A stretch of 64,000 nucleotides of DNA from Patescibacteria group bacterium (GTDB taxonomy: Bacteria > Patescibacteriota > Microgenomatia > UBA12405). This document shows positions 8,589 to 18,091 of this stretch, one piece after another. Both the position numbers and the translations under genes were made by a program. The stretch covers positions 82,766 through 146,765 of the forward strand of contig JAHIPV010000013.1 of the NCBI GenBank assembly GCA_018902845.1. Direction: 5' to 3'. Position 1 is the stretch's first letter, and each line of letters starts with the position of its first letter. The notes below the pieces were generated by a model, which saw only the letters and a list, made by a program, of their open reading frames with translations, was not told the origin of the DNA and searched no databases.

Positions 8589-8932
8589 AGCCTATTTTAT
8601 CTTATTTCTCTATCTACGACTGTATTATATATTTTTTTCTGTTTGTCAGTCTTGTCATCGGGACACACCTTACCTGGGGTTGCCCCAGTAATCTTATTTG
8701 TATTCTTTGGGCAACTTTAGCATCCCACCTGCCATCTCTTGTCGCCCGCAACACGCACAAGTCAAAAATTCTTTGCACCTCAGGACTCGCTAAACATCCT
8801 TTCTTTTTCATACTAGATATTATAACCCATTTTTTTAAAAATACACACTCAATATCCACCCAAAATTTGACAAAAGCCCAAAAAACAATAAAATATACTA
8901 CAAGACTTTATAATTAAACAAAATACTCAAAA

Positions 8933-9274
8933 ATGACTTTAAATGTAGAAGGCGAAAATCATCCAATATATGTAGCCCGTGAAGTAGGCAAGAGGCCAAG
9001 AATACAAGGGGTAGTAGATGTAAGGGAGAGAGATGTTGTAGAGGCAGAATATCGTGAATTCCTGGACGAAGAAGGGAAGAAGCTCGACGATCTCGGACAT
9101 GAACAAATAAAAGTACAAGTTTTTTTAGGTTCGGATAACCCCCGCGTTCGCCAAGCAGTCCAAGGCCGGTCGAAAAAATTAATCGAAGAAGCGGCAGTAC
9201 AACAAGAACGGTTAAACTTATTACGTTCTATTGGAAGAATGGCCCAGTTTAATTTTGACGAAGAGGGTTTGTAA
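8933..9274 (+). CDS. Hypothetical protein in a GC-elevated segment; could instead be a non-coding RNA
   Basis: 113-aa ORF with about 45% GC against a genome at about 33%. No recognisable motif. Confidence 0.2.
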   Translation: MTLNVEGENHPIYVAREVGKRPRIQGVVDVRERDVVEAEYREFLDEEGKKLDDLGHEQIKVQVFLGSDNPRVRQAVQGRSKKLIEEAAVQQERLNLLRSIGRMAQFNFDEEGL

Positions 9275-9407
9275 TCAATCAGCCCACTCACCCAAACCTT
9301 ATAAATTTATATTTTCCTCTCCAATTTAACTTGTGTTCACCCAACTTATGCCAATTCAGAAAGAACCATTGTTCACATACCGGACTAAATTTTTAATTCT
9401 CTAAACC

Positions 9408-9436
9408 AAAAACTCCCCCACAAAGTAGGGGAGTTT
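9408..9436 (-). terminator. Rho-independent terminator downstream of the HU gene
   Basis: aaactcccc-acaaagta-ggggagttt hairpin with flanking A/T runs. Confidence 0.5.
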
Positions 9437-9455
9437 AAAAATTTTTCAAAAATTT

Positions 9456-9728
9456 TTATCGTACCATTTTCTTTACTTTTGTACCGGGAATATATCTTGG
9501 CATTCTTCGGGCCGCAATCTTCTTTGATATCTTTGTACCAATTGCCTTAATTACTTTGGCCTTAAACATTTTTGTTTTGAAGGTTCCAAAGCCGGAAAGT
9601 TTAACCACTTCACCATTAGCAAGCGCTTTCATTATTTCATCCAAAAAGGTTTCAATTACCTGTTTGGTTGCTTTCTTGCTAAGTTTTGCTTTTTGAGCTA
9701 CTAGCTCTATCAGATCTTTTTTTGTCAT
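9456..9728 (-). CDS. hup: HU-family nucleoid-associated DNA-binding protein with a lysine-rich C-terminal tail
   Basis: MTKKDLIELVAQKAKLSKKATKQVIETFLDEIMKALANGEVVKLSGFGTFKTK is a canonical HU fold sequence. Confidence 0.8.
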   Translation of the reverse strand: MTKKDLIELVAQKAKLSKKATKQVIETFLDEIMKALANGEVVKLSGFGTFKTKMFKAKVIKAIGTKISKKIAARRMPRYIPGTKVKKMVR

Positions 9729-9794
9729 TTTTAAAAAATTCTTAAATTAATAATTCACCAATCATTCTAATTGATGAAAAACAAAATGCAAGGA

Positions 9795-11348
9795 TTAATT
9801 CACCGATTTAACCGCATTTTTATTGAGCTTACTTCCGGTCACCGTATTACTGGCTCTAGATTCTCGTATTACGGTTACCCTGATTTGTCCGGCCCACTTG
9901 GCCTCTTCATCGAGTTTTTCGGCAATATTTTGACTTAAAACGATTATTTCATCATCGCTTATTTTTTCGGGATCCACAATTACCACCACTTCTCTGCCGG
10001 CTTGATAAGCCGCTACGCTTTTTACTCCACTAAAAGATTTGGCTACCTCCTCAATGTTTTTCATTCTTTTTAAATATTCTTCGTGGGCCGCATACCTGGC
10101 TCCGGGCCTAGCTCCGGATATGGCATCACCAATATAAACAATGATTGACTCAGCCGAAGAAAATTCTTTTGCCTCGTGGTGTTCTGCTACGCAGTTTATA
10201 ATTTCTTCGGGAATACGATACCTTTTCAAAAAATCTATCCCCAATTCAATATGGGTACCTTCCTGATCGCTGACCACTTTGCCAATATCATGCAGTAAAG
10301 CTCCCAGTTTAACTGTTCTAAGATCAGCTCCTAATTCTCTGGCTATGGCACTGGCAATTTTTGTGGCTTCAATTGTGTGTAGCGCCAAATTCTGTCCATA
10401 AGAAAATCTAAATTTAAATTTACCTATCATCTTTATCAAGTCAATCGGTAAATTAAAAACTCCAACCTCTTGACATATTTTTCTTCCTTCGCTAAGCAAT
10501 ATCTTTTCCATGTCATTTTTTGTTTCAGCTACCACCCTTTCGATTTTTATCGGTTGTATTCTGCCATCCTTGATCAGTCTTTCCAGGGCCACTCTGGCTA
10601 TTTCTCTTCTGGTCGAATCAAAGGAAGAAATCCTGACATCGTTTCCTTCATCAAGGTCCAGTTCGACTCCAGTAGCTTTTTCAAAAGCCCTAATGTTTCG
10701 CCCCTCTCTGCCAATTATTTTACCTTTAACTTTTTCATCAGCTAAGCTTAAAGTAGATACGGTGTATTCAGGTACATAATCGGTCACTCCATGACGCAGA
10801 CTGTCAAGCAATATTTCTCTGCTTAATTCTTCCTCTTTTTCTCCGATACTTTCTTTTGCCTCTCCAATCTTTTTTGCAATCCAGGAAGACAATTTCTTTT
10901 CAGTACTGCTGATTATTAGTTTTTTTGCCTTATCTACATCAAAGTTTGCAATTTGTTCCAACTTCTCTAACTGTTTTCTGTAAAGATCATCAACAGATTC
11001 CCTTTTTTTGTCAACTTCGCTTGTCAAATTATCCAGTCTTTTCTCTTTTTCCAGTAAATATCTTTCCTTTTCACTCAAAGAATACAGTCTTTGAGAAATC
11101 TGGTTTTCTTTATTTTTAAGATCAAAAAGAGCTTTTTTGATCTTTTCTAATTCTCTCTTTTCCTTAATTAGACCAAGCTTTCTTTTTTTATTTACTTTAG
11201 CCCGACTTGCCTTAGCTGGCTTTAACTTTGATATAGAAACCCTGTTCTTTTCCTCAGTGCCAATCTCTTTAACAACCTTTTTACTACTTGTTACTGTTGT
11301 TGTATCACCAAAAACATTTCTGACTTTATTTAGCAAACCACCAAACAT
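9795..11348 (-). CDS. rny: Ribonuclease Y
   Basis: N-terminal coiled coil, KH domain (IGREGRNIRAFEKATGVELDLD), HD domain (LLHDIGK). 517 aa. Confidence 0.85.
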   Translation of the reverse strand: MFGGLLNKVRNVFGDTTTVTSSKKVVKEIGTEEKNRVSISKLKPAKASRAKVNKKRKLGLIKEKRELEKIKKALFDLKNKENQISQRLYSLSEKERYLLEKEKRLDNLTSEVDKKRESVDDLYRKQLEKLEQIANFDVDKAKKLIISSTEKKLSSWIAKKIGEAKESIGEKEEELSREILLDSLRHGVTDYVPEYTVSTLSLADEKVKGKIIGREGRNIRAFEKATGVELDLDEGNDVRISSFDSTRREIARVALERLIKDGRIQPIKIERVVAETKNDMEKILLSEGRKICQEVGVFNLPIDLIKMIGKFKFRFSYGQNLALHTIEATKIASAIARELGADLRTVKLGALLHDIGKVVSDQEGTHIELGIDFLKRYRIPEEIINCVAEHHEAKEFSSAESIIVYIGDAISGARPGARYAAHEEYLKRMKNIEEVAKSFSGVKSVAAYQAGREVVVIVDPEKISDDEIIVLSQNIAEKLDEEAKWAGQIRVTVIRESRASNTVTGSKLNKNAVKSVN

Positions 11349-11471
11349 ATATCCTCCTTTTACTCAATCGACAAAAACCTCCCGCTACAAAATCTCAACA
11401 AACTTTATTCAAAATATATGTATTTTTAAGCATTAATAATAAGAAGAGTCGATTAAAAGTAATATATTCTA

Positions 11472-12158
11472 CTATTTTTTTATGCTTTCGTCAATTACTC
11501 TTTTTACCTGATCAATGGCAAAACCCTTTCTATACAAAGCCGAAATTATTTTGTTTTTCTTTTTAAAATCCAACAAGTCTGATTTATCTTTGATTTTTTT
11601 AAAAATAATCTTCCTAATCTTTTCTTCTTCTAAGCCGGTATTCAATCTCACCCATTTATTTATTTTTTCTTTAATTACTTCTTTACCAACCCCTTCACGC
11701 CTGAGTTCATAGCTAATTTGCCTAAAAGATTTGTTTCCGCTTTTTTTTATATAAAATCGGACATATTCGATATCATCAATCAGTTTGTTTTTTCTAAAAT
11801 CCTCCAAAACCTCCTCAATTATTTTTTCAAAGTCTTCTTTTCCCAGTTTCCATTTGTCATCCTGATCCCAAATTTTATTCGGGAGAAGGATCTCTCTTTT
11901 TTTTAAATTCTGAATTAGTTTCTTTTTAAGGCCGGGAAATGATTTTGGGGACATGGCAACTTGCCTAAGACCGTAATCTTTTAGCAAATAGAGTAGGGAG
12001 GTGTAAACAATTTTTTTATAAAACTTCTCGTCAATCTCCTGATTTTTCTTGATTTTTAGATTAATTACATCGTCTACCCATAACACCAATTTTTTTTTGT
12101 TGGAAAACTCAACCACACACTTCCCATTCGCCTTAATTTTGACAGTAATTATTTTCAT
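11472..12158 (-). CDS. recX: RecX-like regulatory protein
   Basis: 228 aa, 39 bp downstream of recA on the same strand, with a helical-repeat-like composition. Call rests on position plus weak similarity. Confidence 0.5.
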   Translation of the reverse strand: MKIITVKIKANGKCVVEFSNKKKLVLWVDDVINLKIKKNQEIDEKFYKKIVYTSLLYLLKDYGLRQVAMSPKSFPGLKKKLIQNLKKREILLPNKIWDQDDKWKLGKEDFEKIIEEVLEDFRKNKLIDDIEYVRFYIKKSGNKSFRQISYELRREGVGKEVIKEKINKWVRLNTGLEEEKIRKIIFKKIKDKSDLLDFKKKNKIISALYRKGFAIDQVKRVIDESIKK

Positions 12159-12196
12159 TTTTATCCAGTTATCTAGTAATCTAGTAATCCAGTTGT

Positions 12197-13300
12197 CTAC
12201 TTTTTCTCTTCTTTTTCACCATCCTTTGACATTTTCCATATTTTTTCCTTAACTTCTTCGGTCAATTTTGGATGTTCTCCTAGATATCTTTTTGATACTT
12301 CTCTTCCTTGTCCAATAGTTTCGCCGTTTAGTTTATAAAAAGCACCGGCCCTATTGATAACACCATACTCCACCGCCAGGTCCAAAATTCCGCCAAAAAT
12401 AGATATACCCTCAGTATTCATCATTTCAATTTCACATGTTTTAAATGGTGGCGCCACTTTATTTTTTATAATTCTGACTCTATGTTGCGAACCGATTGAT
12501 TCACCGCTTGAAGTTTTGATATTGGCAATTTTTCTCATGTCAATTCGTATTGAAGCATAAAACTTTAAGGCCAACCCCCCTGGGGTTGTTTCCGGATTAC
12601 CAAACATAACTCCAATTTTTTGCCTGATCTGATTGGTAAAAATTACCACTGATTTTGATTTAGAAATTGCTCCAGCCAATTTTCTTAATGCTTGAGACAT
12701 TAGTCTGGCCTGCACACCCATCATCGATTGCCCCATTTCTCCTTCTATCTCGGCCTTTGGCACCAAAGCCGCCACCGAATCAATCACAATCACATCAACT
12801 GCATTTGATCTGACCAATGTTTCAACAATCTCCAATGCCTGTTCTCCGTTATCCGGTTGGGATATTAACATCTCATCTACATTTACTCCCACCACCTCAG
12901 CCCTAGCTGGATCCAAGGAATGTTCCGCGTCTACAAAGGCAGCCGATCCTCCCAATTTTTGGGCTTCGGCAATTACATGTAAACAAAAAGTTGTTTTTCC
13001 CGAAGCCTCGGGTCCAAATACTTCACATATCCTGCCTCTTGGCATTCCGCCCACACCAAGAGCAATGTCTATAGGCAAAGATCCAGTTGGAATTACGTCA
13101 ATTTTCATATCTTCTCTTCTGTCTCCCATTTTCATAATGGCTCCCTCGCCATATTCTTTTTTGATCTGTTCCATGGCAATTTTTACTGCCTCTAATTTTT
13201 TTTGTTTTAAGCTTTCTTCTTTTGGCTTTCTGCCTCTTTTTGCTTTAACCTTTTTTACTTTTTTTACATTTGCCTTTGCTTGTACTTTTGCATCTGTCAT
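12197..13300 (-). CDS. recA: Recombinase RecA with a ~25-aa lysine-rich N-terminal extension
   Basis: [20 protein letters not shown] is Walker A. Also [14 protein letters not shown] and the L2 loop region. Stop codon is TAG. The N-terminus [31 protein letters not shown] precedes the conserved [22 protein letters not shown]. Confidence 0.9.
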   Translation of the reverse strand: MTDAKVQAKANVKKVKKVKAKRGRKPKEESLKQKKLEAVKIAMEQIKKEYGEGAIMKMGDRREDMKIDVIPTGSLPIDIALGVGGMPRGRICEVFGPEASGKTTFCLHVIAEAQKLGGSAAFVDAEHSLDPARAEVVGVNVDEMLISQPDNGEQALEIVETLVRSNAVDVIVIDSVAALVPKAEIEGEMGQSMMGVQARLMSQALRKLAGAISKSKSVVIFTNQIRQKIGVMFGNPETTPGGLALKFYASIRIDMRKIANIKTSSGESIGSQHRVRIIKNKVAPPFKTCEIEMMNTEGISIFGGILDLAVEYGVINRAGAFYKLNGETIGQGREVSKRYLGEHPKLTEEVKEKIWKMSKDGEKEEKK

Positions 13301-13319
13301 ATTTAATCCACTCCTTTTT

Positions 13320-13810
13320 ATTTAATTATTAAATTATTTATTATTTTTTTCCCCCTCGTCATCCTGAGTGTAGCGAAGGATCTCCTTTTATTTAATTGTT
13401 TTTGAATTTAATTGAATTGATTTAACTTTTAATTCAAAAAAACTCTTTTCTAAAAACATTTAACATTGTCAAAATTATCATGTCAATACCCAAAACCAAA
13501 TAAAACCCGAAACTGTCTTACCATCCATAATACTTATTTTTGCCTGCCTCACAGTTACACTCAAACACACTTGTCACCCCGCCGTGGCGGGGCCCCGCCA
13601 GAATCAAGCCTCAATCCATTGTCATCCTGAACCACAACCGTCATCCCAAGTCCTCCCTCCGTCATCCTGAGTAAGTCTTACGACCGAAGGATCCCCTCGG
13701 AAAATACCTGTCATTGCGAGGAGTTCGACGACGTGACAACGTGTCCGCCTGTGGAGGATCCCGTCGGAATCAAACCAGTTTTGACAGTCAAAAGTAGTAT
13801 TGCAAGTTGT
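13320..13810. repeat. Repeat-rich intergenic region (families A and C and a gtcattgcgagga-type unit)
   Basis: cgtcatcctgagtgtagcgaaggatctcc at 13351. At 13617-13790 there are three gtcatcc units, then gtcattgcgaggagttcgacgacgtgacaacg, then gtccgcctgtggaggatcccgtcggaatc. Confidence 0.65.
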
Positions 13811-13869
13811 GAAATTTGAAAATTGTGTTTCATTTATGTAGGTCCCAAAAAATGGGAAAGGAGATCAGA

Positions 13870-14499
13870 ATGAACGTCCGAAAGTTTCGAGAAGTAGTTT
13901 TCACGATCGTAGTAGCAGCGGTTGTCTTGGGAATCCTCGTAGTGGCAGTTTACGGGATTATGAGGGGTATTGACTATGTCTTTACCCCTGCTCCGGTCCC
14001 CAGCCAGACCCCCGCCCCGTCGGCCGTTCCGCCCAGCCCGACTCCCACCCTGAGGCAAGAGGCCCCCACCCTTGAGCCAGAGCCGACCGACGCCCCGACT
14101 CTTCCGGTCGCCAGCCCGACCCCCGTCTCCGCCGTCGAGCTCGTAGTCCGCGACGCCTGGACCACGGGGAAAGACCAAGAGCAGAGTGGAGTTGTCTATC
14201 GCCCGGTCCAAGTCACGCTGGTCGGCGCGATTGCGATCGAAAGTGTCGCTGGGGACTATGTAGTGGACAACTACGTAGTTTCGGTAGCCGAAGATGCGTC
14301 TTCGACTACCATTAACCTTCTGTTCGTCATTGACAACGCCAACGCCATCGCCACTAAAGTCGTCGTTAACGGGATCATATTGACCAATCCTTCTTCTGGG
14401 GGCAAGGAGTTTTTCTTCGAGCGTTTCGCCGGTCCCACCGACGGCGGCGGCGGCGACGTAGAGCCCACTCCGACCCTGGCCGACCCACCCCGTCCGTAA
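13870..14499 (+). CDS. Membrane-anchored Pro/Thr-rich protein encoded in a GC-rich (~58-60%) island; probable horizontal acquisition
   Basis: RBS ggaaaggag, then ATG at 13870. N-terminal TM VVFTIVVAAVVLGILVVAVY, a PT-rich linker, then a ~120-aa domain. Codons end in G/C throughout, unlike neighbouring genes. Confidence 0.5.
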   Translation: MNVRKFREVVFTIVVAAVVLGILVVAVYGIMRGIDYVFTPAPVPSQTPAPSAVPPSPTPTLRQEAPTLEPEPTDAPTLPVASPTPVSAVELVVRDAWTTGKDQEQSGVVYRPVQVTLVGAIAIESVAGDYVVDNYVVSVAEDASSTTINLLFVIDNANAIATKVVVNGIILTNPSSGGKEFFFERFAGPTDGGGGDVEPTPTLADPPRP

Positions 14500-14539
14500 C
14501 TAGATAGTTCGTTCACAGTGCAACCCCCGCACCCGCTTC

Positions 14540-14580
14540 ACCACGTGGGGCAAGAGCCGAGTCTCTTGCCCCACGGCCTT
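14540..14580 (+). terminator. Strong GC hairpin, terminator-like
   Basis: cgtggggcaagag-ccgag-tctcttgccccacg forms a 13-bp perfect stem. It is followed by gacgggtgcttttttt. Confidence 0.5.
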
Positions 14581-14594
14581 CGGGCTTAAATTGG

Positions 14595-14921
14595 ATGAAG
14601 ACGGGTGCTTTTTTTATGTATAATTTACTTGTGTTATCAAAAAAAATTCTCAAACAAGTCAAAGACATAATTTTCCCACTTGTTGACAACCAAACAAAAG
14701 TTTTTATCTTTGGCTCCAGAGCCAACAATAAGGCCAGAAAATTTAGCGATATTGACATTGGTCTAGAAGCAGACAATCAAATTAATTTTGAAACCATCGG
14801 TCAAATCAAACAGGCCTTTGAAGAATCCGACCTGCCTTACAATGTAGATATAGTTGAATTTTCCAAACTACCAAAAAAATTTAAAAAAGTAGCTCAAAAA
14901 AACATTATTTATTTAAATTAA
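14595..14921 (+). CDS. Minimal nucleotidyltransferase (MNT, HI0073-like), antitoxin of an MNT/HEPN pair
   Basis: FIFGSRANNKARKFSDIDIGL fits the GS-x9-13-DxD NTase motif. The true start is probably M at 14616. Confidence 0.6.
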   Translation: MKTGAFFMYNLLVLSKKILKQVKDIIFPLVDNQTKVFIFGSRANNKARKFSDIDIGLEADNQINFETIGQIKQAFEESDLPYNVDIVEFSKLPKKFKKVAQKNIIYLN

Positions 14922-14929
14922 AAACAAAA

Positions 14930-15313
14930 GTGACAAAAAAACAATCATTACTGACTGATTTAAAAAAAACCACCGCCAGTCTAGAAAAAGTTTTGAAATT
15001 ACCGGAAAGCGAAATCAATCGCGATGCCAGTATCCAAAGGTTCGAATTTACCTTTGAATTAAGTTGGAAACTAATGCAGGAATTAGTGGCAGATGTCAAA
15101 AAAGGCGCTTACGGACCAAGAACTGTCATCAGAGAAGCGGCCAATATAGAGCTAATAAGTAATCCCAAAAAATGGCTCTATTTTTTGGACAAAAGAAATT
15201 TAACGGTACACACTTACAACGAAGCCATGGCAAAAGAAATGTATCAGGTGGCCAAAGAATTTATCTCTCATGTAAAAAATCTAACAAAACAAGTCAAAGA
15301 ATATCTATCTTAA
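14930..15313 (+). CDS. HI0074-family nucleotidyltransferase substrate-binding protein (HEPN)
   Basis: RDASIQRFEFTFELSWKLMQ is characteristic of PF08780. It immediately follows the MNT gene. Confidence 0.6.
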   Translation: MTKKQSLLTDLKKTTASLEKVLKLPESEINRDASIQRFEFTFELSWKLMQELVADVKKGAYGPRTVIREAANIELISNPKKWLYFLDKRNLTVHTYNEAMAKEMYQVAKEFISHVKNLTKQVKEYLS

Positions 15314-15586
15314 TCTCTTCTCAATTTTTATAGCCCATCCTTCAATCAATGCCTTTGTAATTTTTTCAAAAGCCAATGTGATGTCTCTTTGATATTGGCT
15401 CTGGGAAATACCCATTTTTTTAGCTGATTCATGTTGATCTAATTTTTCAACATATCTTAACCTCAATGCTTCTAATTCGTCCTCAGTTATACTCACTTCT
15501 TTTAATTGAGATAACGGTATCCCTCTGGGCTTAAAATAAATTTCCCGAAAATTAAATCTAATTTTTCTTTTACACCTTCTTCGCAT
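15305..15586 (-). CDS. DUF134/UPF0251 family predicted DNA-binding protein
   Basis: CKRKIRFNFREIYFKPRGIPLSQLKEVSITEDELEALRLRYVEKLDQHESAKKMGIS parallels the DUF134 consensus, including the sigma-70 region-4-like HTH. Confidence 0.55.
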   Translation of the reverse strand: MRRRCKRKIRFNFREIYFKPRGIPLSQLKEVSITEDELEALRLRYVEKLDQHESAKKMGISQSQYQRDITLAFEKITKALIEGWAIKIEKRLR

Positions 15587-15634
15587 ATGTATTTTTCTAT
15601 TTTTTAAATTATATAACAGTTTTTCTCGTCACCC

Positions 15635-15716
15635 CGTCATCTCATCATCATGCTGAACTTGTTTCAGCATCCTCTCGGAAAACACCTATCACCCCGCCAT
15701 AACGGGGTGACAAGTA
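15635..15716. repeat. Family A variant with GAACTTGTTTCAG hairpin plus a caccccgccataacggggtg hairpin
   Basis: cgtcatctcatcatcatgctgaacttgtttcagcatcc...atcaccccgccataacggggtgacaag. Confidence 0.6.
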
Positions 15717-15735
15717 ATCTTGTCTCCCCATACTT

Positions 15736-15933
15736 TTATCTGCAAAACACACCTTTCATTGCTGTTTTACACTTGGGGCATTTGGTCTGCGTACAAGGTT
15801 TACCTCGTACATGTGCTTCTGTATGACCGCATTTTGGACATACACAATCGCCACTGCTTACTTGTCTCCTACCTAAAACTCTACCAGTTAAAGGGCCTTT
15901 TCCACTTGGACCTGTTCCACCTAGATTTGGCAT
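15736..15933 (-). CDS. Gly-rich N-terminus plus zinc-ribbon small protein (DUF5320-like partner of DUF134)
   Basis: MPNLGGTGPSGKGPLTGR followed by CVCPKCGH...CPKCK, two CxxC pairs. Confidence 0.4.
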   Translation of the reverse strand: MPNLGGTGPSGKGPLTGRVLGRRQVSSGDCVCPKCGHTEAHVRGKPCTQTKCPKCKTAMKGVFCR

Positions 15934-16398
15934 AATTTTTCCTCGATTTAAACAATTAATCTTATGGGTATATACCCACTAACACAAATGTACCATCCAA
16001 AACTGAACGGGTCAATACCCAAAATAATTTATCTTTTTTATTCTTCTCTCAGCGTTTATTTTATTATTTTAGCCCAATACTTCCTGTTCCCTAGCTATCT
16101 TTTCGTTTAAAAAGGGAATTCTTCATCAGACTCAGGAAGAAATATGGCTCTAAGTGCCCTAACTCCTCCATCTTTACATCTGCAAGCCATCTGAACAATA
16201 AGTGCACCATCTTCACCTATCAAGTATCCTTCAGGACAATGATCGGGACCCTTGAATGTCTGAAAATCAGGATGTCCTTCTATAGATCCATAATTAAAGC
16301 TAAGTTTCCCATTGACTTAATTTTAACTACTTGATAAATTAAATACACAGACCCCTACCTATGGTCGGGGTATAAATAACTTATTAATTAACAAAAAC

Positions 16399-16665
16399 AT
16401 GACAAAATCTAAAACCATCGTCAATTTTAAAAAAGCCCAAAGTTTACTGGCCAAAATAATGAAAATGGTCGAAGATAACGAATATTGCATTGACATAATG
16501 CAGCAAAATTTAGCAGTAGTCGGGCTTTTAAAATCGGCTCACCAAATGCTAATGGAAGGCCATCTTAATACTTGTTTTAAAAAAGCAATGCAAACCAAAA
16601 ATGAAAAAAGAAAGCAGGAAATGACTCAGGAGATTTTAAAAGTCACCAAACTATTTAATAAATAA
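16399..16665 (+). CDS. csoR: CsoR/RcnR-family metal-sensing transcriptional repressor
   Basis: LLAKIMKMVEDNEYCIDIMQQNLAVVGLLKSAHQMLMEGHLNTC carries the conserved C-H-C ligand pattern. It sits upstream of copA. Confidence 0.65.
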   Translation: MTKSKTIVNFKKAQSLLAKIMKMVEDNEYCIDIMQQNLAVVGLLKSAHQMLMEGHLNTCFKKAMQTKNEKRKQEMTQEILKVTKLFNK

Positions 16666-16675
16666 TTTAAATAAT

Positions 16676-18073
16676 ATGACCAAAAATACAAAAGAATATA
16701 TTTATTATGTCAGAGGAATGCATTGCGCTTCTTGCCAGATTTTAATCGAAAAGAAATTATTAAAATTAAGGAACATAAAATCAGTTGAGGTCTCAACTGC
16801 CAAAGGCAAGGCGCTAATCGAATACGACGGCCAAAAACCAACCCTCCAAAGATTGAACCGAATTTTCAAAAAAGAAACTTATACTTTTTTCGACAGACCA
16901 CAAAAAATAATAAATAATTTTAAGTCGAAAGAATTTCTTATTACTCTTGGCATCGGACTATTAATTATTATCGGTTTTATCGGATTAAACAAACTGGGAT
17001 TATCGAGCTTAATAAATGTTAATTCAAAATCGTCTTTACCGGTATTTTTTATATTTGGAATTATGGCCGGCATTTCTAGTTGCGCCGCCTTAATTGGTGG
17101 AATAATTCTTTCTATGTCAAAACAATGGGGCGAATTATATTCAGATACCGATTCTATCTGGAAGAAAATTCAGCCACACTTAATTTTTAATGCTGGCAGA
17201 CTTACTTCTTACGGTCTGTTGGGAGCAGTATTGGGAATAGTCGGTAGCAAACTAGATTTTTCCTTAAATTTTGGACCGGTTTTGGCCATCGCTGTTTCTG
17301 TCATGATGATTTTTTTGGCTTTTCAAATGTTTGGTTTCAAAGTCTTTAGGAAATTTCAATTTACAATGCCAAGGTTTATCACCGGATTTATCGCCGACGA
17401 ATCTAATTTTAAAGGTCGCTATATGCCATTTTTAATGGGCGCCTTTACTTTTTTTCTACCCTGCGGTTTTACCATAACGGCCCAAGGACTCGCTTTAATA
17501 TCCGGCAGTGCAACTCAAGGGGCTTTGATCATGGTTTTATTTGCGCTAGGGACCCTACCGATGCTTTTAACTATTGGTTTGTCTAGTGTTAAATTTTCTC
17601 AAAAGCCACACCTATCCACCAAATTCCTGAAAGTTGCCGGAATTTTGGTTTTATTTTTCGCTCTCTACAATATAAATTTCCAACTAAATGTCCTAGGGGT
17701 TTCCAGTCTTAGCGATTTGGGCATTAATTCTAGTCAATCTTCCGGCACTGCAAAAAATAATTTGCTTCAAAACGAAGAAGGCTTACCTCCAATTGTTAAT
17801 GGTAAACAAATTATAAAAATGGACGCTTCTTCTCGTGGCTATTTACCAAGCTATTTTAAAGTAAAAGCCGGAATACCGGTAAGGTGGGAAATTACCGACA
17901 AAGGAACCAGTGGTTGTACCAATGCCATTATTTCAAAAAGCTTGTTTGAGGGAGAAATCCCCCTGACTCCGGGTCAAACTAGTATTAAGGAATTTACTCC
18001 CAAAAAGCCGGGTAAGTATAAATTTAGTTGTTGGATGGGAATGGTTTCGGGGATTATAGAAGTTAAAATATAA
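16676..18073 (+). CDS. Fusion protein: HMA metal-binding domain, DsbD_2-like Cys-containing membrane domain, and a C-terminal cupredoxin-like domain
   Basis: YYVRGMHCASCQILIEKKL is the MxCxxC HMA motif. TM helices carry conserved Cys (ISSCAALIGG, FFLPCGFTITAQG). The C-terminal beta-rich domain has C and M ligands (SGCTNAI...FSCWMGM). Confidence 0.5.
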   Translation: MTKNTKEYIYYVRGMHCASCQILIEKKLLKLRNIKSVEVSTAKGKALIEYDGQKPTLQRLNRIFKKETYTFFDRPQKIINNFKSKEFLITLGIGLLIIIGFIGLNKLGLSSLINVNSKSSLPVFFIFGIMAGISSCAALIGGIILSMSKQWGELYSDTDSIWKKIQPHLIFNAGRLTSYGLLGAVLGIVGSKLDFSLNFGPVLAIAVSVMMIFLAFQMFGFKVFRKFQFTMPRFITGFIADESNFKGRYMPFLMGAFTFFLPCGFTITAQGLALISGSATQGALIMVLFALGTLPMLLTIGLSSVKFSQKPHLSTKFLKVAGILVLFFALYNINFQLNVLGVSSLSDLGINSSQSSGTAKNNLLQNEEGLPPIVNGKQIIKMDASSRGYLPSYFKVKAGIPVRWEITDKGTSGCTNAIISKSLFEGEIPLTPGQTSIKEFTPKKPGKYKFSCWMGMVSGIIEVKI

Positions 18074-18091
18074 AATTTTAATTTTATAAAT

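Noticed and set aside
8614-8859. 81-aa minus-strand ORF and GC-elevated stretch that might be SRP RNA, tmRNA or 6S RNA
   Set aside because: None of the hallmark motifs (SRP domain IV GGAA/AGCAGC, tmRNA tRNA-like ends) could be found by eye. Left as unexplained.
13834-14776. Four minus-strand ORFs (13834-14211, 13974-14165, 14271-14516, 14513-14776) opposite the GC-rich gene
   Set aside because: They are antisense to a high-GC coding region where stops are rare. The translations are Gly/Arg-rich and low-complexity.
16081-16330. Minus-strand 70-codon open frame lacking an ATG/GTG start
   Set aside because: No plausible start codon in frame before most of the sequence. It is treated as a gene remnant, not an annotated CDS.
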